Assembly (NCBI GenBank): GCA_007375595.1
Contig: VMEP01000001.1
Location: 623,089-680,130, forward strand
Source: Parcubacteria group bacterium LiPW_30
GTDB taxonomy: Bacteria > Patescibacteriota > Minisyncoccia > Phycocordibacterales > VMEP01
Direction of reading: 5' to 3'
DNA length: 57,042 bases
Shown here piece after piece: positions 54,801 to 57,042 of this stretch. Position numbers and translations under genes: made by a program. Every line of letters begins with the position of its first letter. The first letter of the stretch is position 1. The notes beneath the pieces are model-generated. The model did no database searches. It worked only from the letters and a program-made list of their open reading frames with translations, and had not been told where the DNA came from.

Positions 54801-57042
54801 TAATTTCACCTCCCTGTATAGAGCCAATGTTAACGAGATTACCGGTGTGTGTGAGACGAAGTGCGTTGTTGAATGGTCCACCGATTGAATCTGAGCCTCC
54901 AGTGCCGATACCTCCTGAGAAATTAGTGTATCCAGTACTGCTTCCAACTACGGCAGAGGCAATGCTGTTGTATGACTGAGAGAGGATAATTGATTCTGCG
55001 CCAAGACCACCGCCGGAGATAGTGAGTTTTGCGTATGGAGTCGTCGTTCCGATGCCGACGTTGCTGTTGAAACTGTTTACTACAAATTTATCCGTCCCGA
55101 CAGTAAGTCCACCAGCAAATGTTGATGTTGCGGTAGTTGAAGTTGCGGTAAAGTATCCGGCGATTGCCTGGTTGCCAAGTGTTGATGAACCTTCTACTGA
55201 TAGTTTATATGTAGGTGAAGTGGTTCCGATGCCGACGTTGCCAGCGGTTGGTTGTAATAATAATGACGAACTACCTGCTGGGTCGATACTCAATGCGCCA
55301 TCAGCTGTGGTAATGCTACCAGACCCACCAAACCCAATAGATAACGTATGAGAGGTTAAATAATAACTGCTTGAGCCATTCACATTAAGGTAAATAGCAT
55401 TACCTTGCATATCTAAAGTCCCACTCAAGTTAAGAGCTGAGCCATAACCCGCACCACTATTATTAAATGTGCTTGGACCAATATTTGCCTTACCTGAAAC
55501 TTGTAATTTAGCTTGAGGTAAGGTAGTCCCAATTCCCACATTGTTTGACGAATAATCATAAACCAAACCGTTTGTTTCTACCGCAAACCCTCCGGCAAAC
55601 GTTGAGGTGGCTGTGGTTGAAGTTGCAATAAATGCGTCCGCAACAACATTCCCCGCAACTGATAGTTTTGCGTATGGAGAAGTTGTGCCGATACCCACGT
55701 TGCCACCGACCAACAATCCATTTGATGGAGCTGCTGCACCACCAGAACCGATTGAAACACTTGAAGAAAATCCTACTGTTCCACCAATTCTACTGCCGAA
55801 TGCATAATATGCAGCACCGGGGTCAGCAACTACTAAGGCTCCCATTGTTAGGTAGGACGAATATGAGCCCGTTGTTCCTGTAAAATGACCAGTAACATTC
55901 AGAGCGCCGTCCGTTTTAATCGTCCCCGCCGCACTCCTATACAAGTTCGCTGTCGGGTCGCCGAAGTTGATACCGAGAGCGGCCGTTGTTCCTGCCGCAC
56001 CGCTACCATTACCTAAACTCAACAGAGCCGATGGACTCGTCGTCCCGATGCCGACGTTGCCGGTGCTTTCGTTGATGAACAGTCTGCTACCTCCAGTCCC
56101 TACCCTGAAATCTCCGTTGGCGAATTGGATATAATCCAAAGCCGAACCGGTCCTGTCCATTTCTATCGCCAAATCTCCCACCGAAGCGAAAGAATCCCCG
56201 TTAAGCTGGAGCTTGAAGAGGCCACCCGTATTTCTCCATGAATATCCTTTCTCGTTCACTGCCGCATCTGAATCCTCCCACAACATAGTCGTATCGGTGC
56301 TGGTAATGTGTAACTTCGCCGCTGATGGATCTGTCGTACCGATGCCAACATTGCCGGAACTATCTACTATCATACGGGGCTGACCTGCCGTGGCATCGTA
56401 TATCTGGAACTTTCCATCTCCTGCTGCGTAGCCGGAATAAATTACCCAGCGGTGACCGCCTGCTGTGCTATCGCTGATACTAATGCCCGGTGTAACTCCG
56501 TCAACATGTAATTTAGTAGATGGACTCGTCGTCCCGATGCCGACGTTGCCTTTGTGATACGCATTCCCGTTATCGAGGACGTAGAAGTTGTCCACGTTGC
56601 TTGAGTCTGCAACCGAGAATCCCCGCCCGGTGCCTGTCCCTGCTCCCGTCACCGACAGTCTGCTGAACGGTGACGTTGTGCCAATGCCGACGTTGCCGCT
56701 TGATTTTATCGTCATCTGAGGAATACGACTGTTGGGATATGCGGATGTATAGAATTCAAGACTTTGCCAATCGTATGCTTGACCTGCCTCAACATAAGCC
56801 CGCATACCAGAACCAAAATCACCAGCAGAACCTAAAGCAATATCGAAATACCCACCAGCTGTAGCATTAGTCGCACCTGCCACACGAAGTTGTGTTTTAG
56901 CCGTTCCACCACCTTCTCGTATTACTAACTTTTCCCCCGGCCCCGTCGTCCCGATGCCGACGTTGCCGGTGTTGAAGTAGCTGACATCCGTCGCAGCAGA
57001 TATATGCACAGTCTCAACTGCCGATGAGTTATACATCCTAAA
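51088..57042 (-). CDS. giant repeat-rich surface/fibre protein, 5'-truncated by the window edge
   Basis: Frame is open to the window edge (ttt agg atg); many GNVGIGTTSP repeats, 7 FG-GAP repeats, kelch-like repeats; leaves frame at about 51247. Confidence 0.85.
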   Translation of the reverse strand, partial: FRMYNSSAVETVHISAATDVSYFNTGNVGIGTTGPGEKLVIREGGGTAKTQLRVAGATNATAGGYFDIALGSAGDFGSGMRAYVEAGQAYDWQSLEFYTSAYPNSRIPQMTIKSSGNVGIGTTSPFSRLSVTGAGTGTGRGFSVADSSNVDNFYVLDNGNAYHKGNVGIGTTSPSTKLHVDGVTPGISISDSTAGGHRWVIYSGYAAGDGKFQIYDATAGQPRMIVDSSGNVGIGTTDPSAAKLHITSTDTTMLWEDSDAAVNEKGYSWRNTGGLFKLQLNGDSFASVGDLAIEMDRTGSALDYIQFANGDFRVGTGGSRLFINESTGNVGIGTTSPSALLSLGNGSGAAGTTAALGINFGDPTANLYRSAAGTIKTDGALNVTGHFTGTTGSYSSYLTMGALVVADPGAAYYAFGSRIGGTVGFSSSVSIGSGGAAAPSNGLLVGGNVGIGTTSPYAKLSVAGNVVADAFIATSTTATSTFAGGFAVETNGLVYDYSSNNVGIGTTLPQAKLQVSGKANIGPSTFNNSGAGYGSALNLSGTLDMQGNAIYLNVNGSSSYYLTSHTLSIGFGGSGSITTADGALSIDPAGSSSLLLQPTAGNVGIGTTSPTYKLSVEGSSTLGNQAIAGYFTATSTTATSTFAGGLTVGTDKFVVNSFNSNVGIGTTTPYAKLTISGGGLGAESIILSQSYNSIASAVVGSSTGYTNFSGGIGTGGSDSIGGPFNNALRLTHTGNLVNIGSIQGGEINLTKGGTFATNVDYTTGTNPYSVSTGDLNGDGKADLAVTNFGAASVSIFINNGNGTFATKVDYTTGTSPRSISIGDLNGDGKADLAVANSGSTSVSVFLNNGNGTFATKVDYTTGTAPRSISIGDLNGDGKADLAVTNASSASVSVFLNNGNGTFATKVDYTTGTSPISVSIGDLNGDGKADLAVANGDSDSVSVFLNNGNGTFATKVDYTTGSVPYSVSIGDLSGDGKADLAVTNASSNSVSVFLNNGNGTFATRVDYTTGSFPVSVSTGDLNGDGKADLAVVNYSSGSISVLLNNGSGTFATKVDYTTGTQPNSVSTGDLNGDGKADLAVANYLSNSVSVFLNNATSMLFAQASTGNVGIGTSSPLTKLSIQGTAGTDLLNIASSTGASMFYINSAGQVGIGTQTPTALFSIANTASSISTKSTTGDFSVSGSSATVGVATTSSQISLNLATTTSIGLGTMTAGPAIVGTAANLAQYGAHSIERPDGKFLVVLGGNSSNTSIYDPVANTFSAGPAVVGTAANTAHLGAHSIKRPDGKFLVVLGNGTSNTSIYDPVANTFVAGPALVGTAANLAYTGAHSIERPDGKFLVVLGNNTSNTSIYDPVANTFVAGPAIVGTAANLAQLGAHSIERPDGKFLLIMGANTSNTSIYDPVANTFTAGPAIVGTAANLAQIGANSIQRPDGKFLVILGAATSNTSIYDPVANTFTAGPAIVGTAANLAGYGSHSTQRPDGKLLVVLGHNTSNTSIYDPVANTFTAGPAIVGTAASLAQYGSHSIQRPDGKFLIVLGNGTSNTSIYDPGFVVSGSYESESMNMPKLNTSSILKFSTNGEGKVELAVRTATTEGGLSSATYATTTNNGYIYPVNGALWAQVRVTLTRTIPTNAQPNQIKKETKTWLGESDVKYQRSFAQPILYDFTVDNGTIFRKDNADFGVGFATSTSSGNATTSGPTLSNLLGGDNGLTLPYGFNSASTTATSTTIGNYFSAGPAVVGTAANLAKDGAHSIQRPDGKFLIVLGNTTSNTAIYDPTTNDFVAGPTVVGTAASLVHAGGHSIQRPDGKFLVSIYDPVANTFAAGPAIVGTSASSAYYGAHSIQRPDGKFLVILGNTTSNTSIYDPVANTFVAGPALVGTAANLAREGAHSIQRPDGKFLVILGNTTSNTSIYDPVANTFVAGPAVIGTAGNNILYLRSSSKHICGRPCNSWNIGKFCLLWRSLNSTSRRQVFGCVGEWFLRYFYL
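52398..53407 (-). repeat. 7 x 147-bp coding tandem repeats (kelch-like propeller 1)
   Basis: GAHSIxRPDGKFLVVLGxxxSNTSIYDPVANTFxAGPAxVGTAANLA at 49-aa period. Confidence 0.9.
53764..54790 (-). repeat. 7 x 147-bp coding tandem repeats (FG-GAP/VCBS propeller)
   Basis: GDLNGDGKADLAV seven times (one as GDLSG) at 49-aa period. Confidence 0.92.

Noticed and set aside
1-57042. Alternative genetic code (TGA = Gly) as in Gracilibacteria/Absconditabacteria
   Set aside because: Core genes translate full-length under code 11, and TGA acts as a stop (e.g. 2345-2347, 27395-27397).

Overview
A 57 kb window of an AT-rich bacterium using genetic code 11. It is most likely a Patescibacteria/Parcubacteria (CPR) genome; this is inferred from the SD-less core genes, short PheS/PheT/EF-Ts/RF1, the NusB-Nudix fusion, the split transketolase cluster and the giant GNVGIGTT-repeat protein. 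Most of the window is housekeeping: rpoB (5' part), trmD, khpA, rpsP, rnr, smc, rnc, nusB, rpmF, rnhB, dnaE, thrS, gyrB, pheS/pheT, tRNA-Thr, tsf, rpsB, prfA, rpmE, rplY and a fba-pfkB-tkt-rpe-rpiB-gap cluster. The right end holds LamG proteins and a giant repeat adhesin. Highlights: (1) two stand-alone genes whose C-termini look like DGR variable regions share a conserved, apparently two-state 5' leader RNA and a similar 3' motif plus hairpin, with no RT or template repeat in the window; (2) a pheS-hydrolase-pheT-CDPS-C39 operon in which PheT carries an intact NlpC/P60 domain inserted in B5 and is followed by a tRNA-dependent cyclodipeptide synthase; (3) a DUF262 + HEPN pair behind thrS; (4) several families of structured intergenic repeats, one with clear compensatory base changes; (5) single-gene cassettes with their own SD, promoter and terminator, including a 49-aa membrane protein missing from the ORF track; (6) four reading-frame lesions (three frameshifts and one in-frame deletion) in the LamG and giant genes, each at the edge of an exactly 100-bp identical duplication, which points to assembly artefact. 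All family assignments come from motif recognition by eye; no searches were run.
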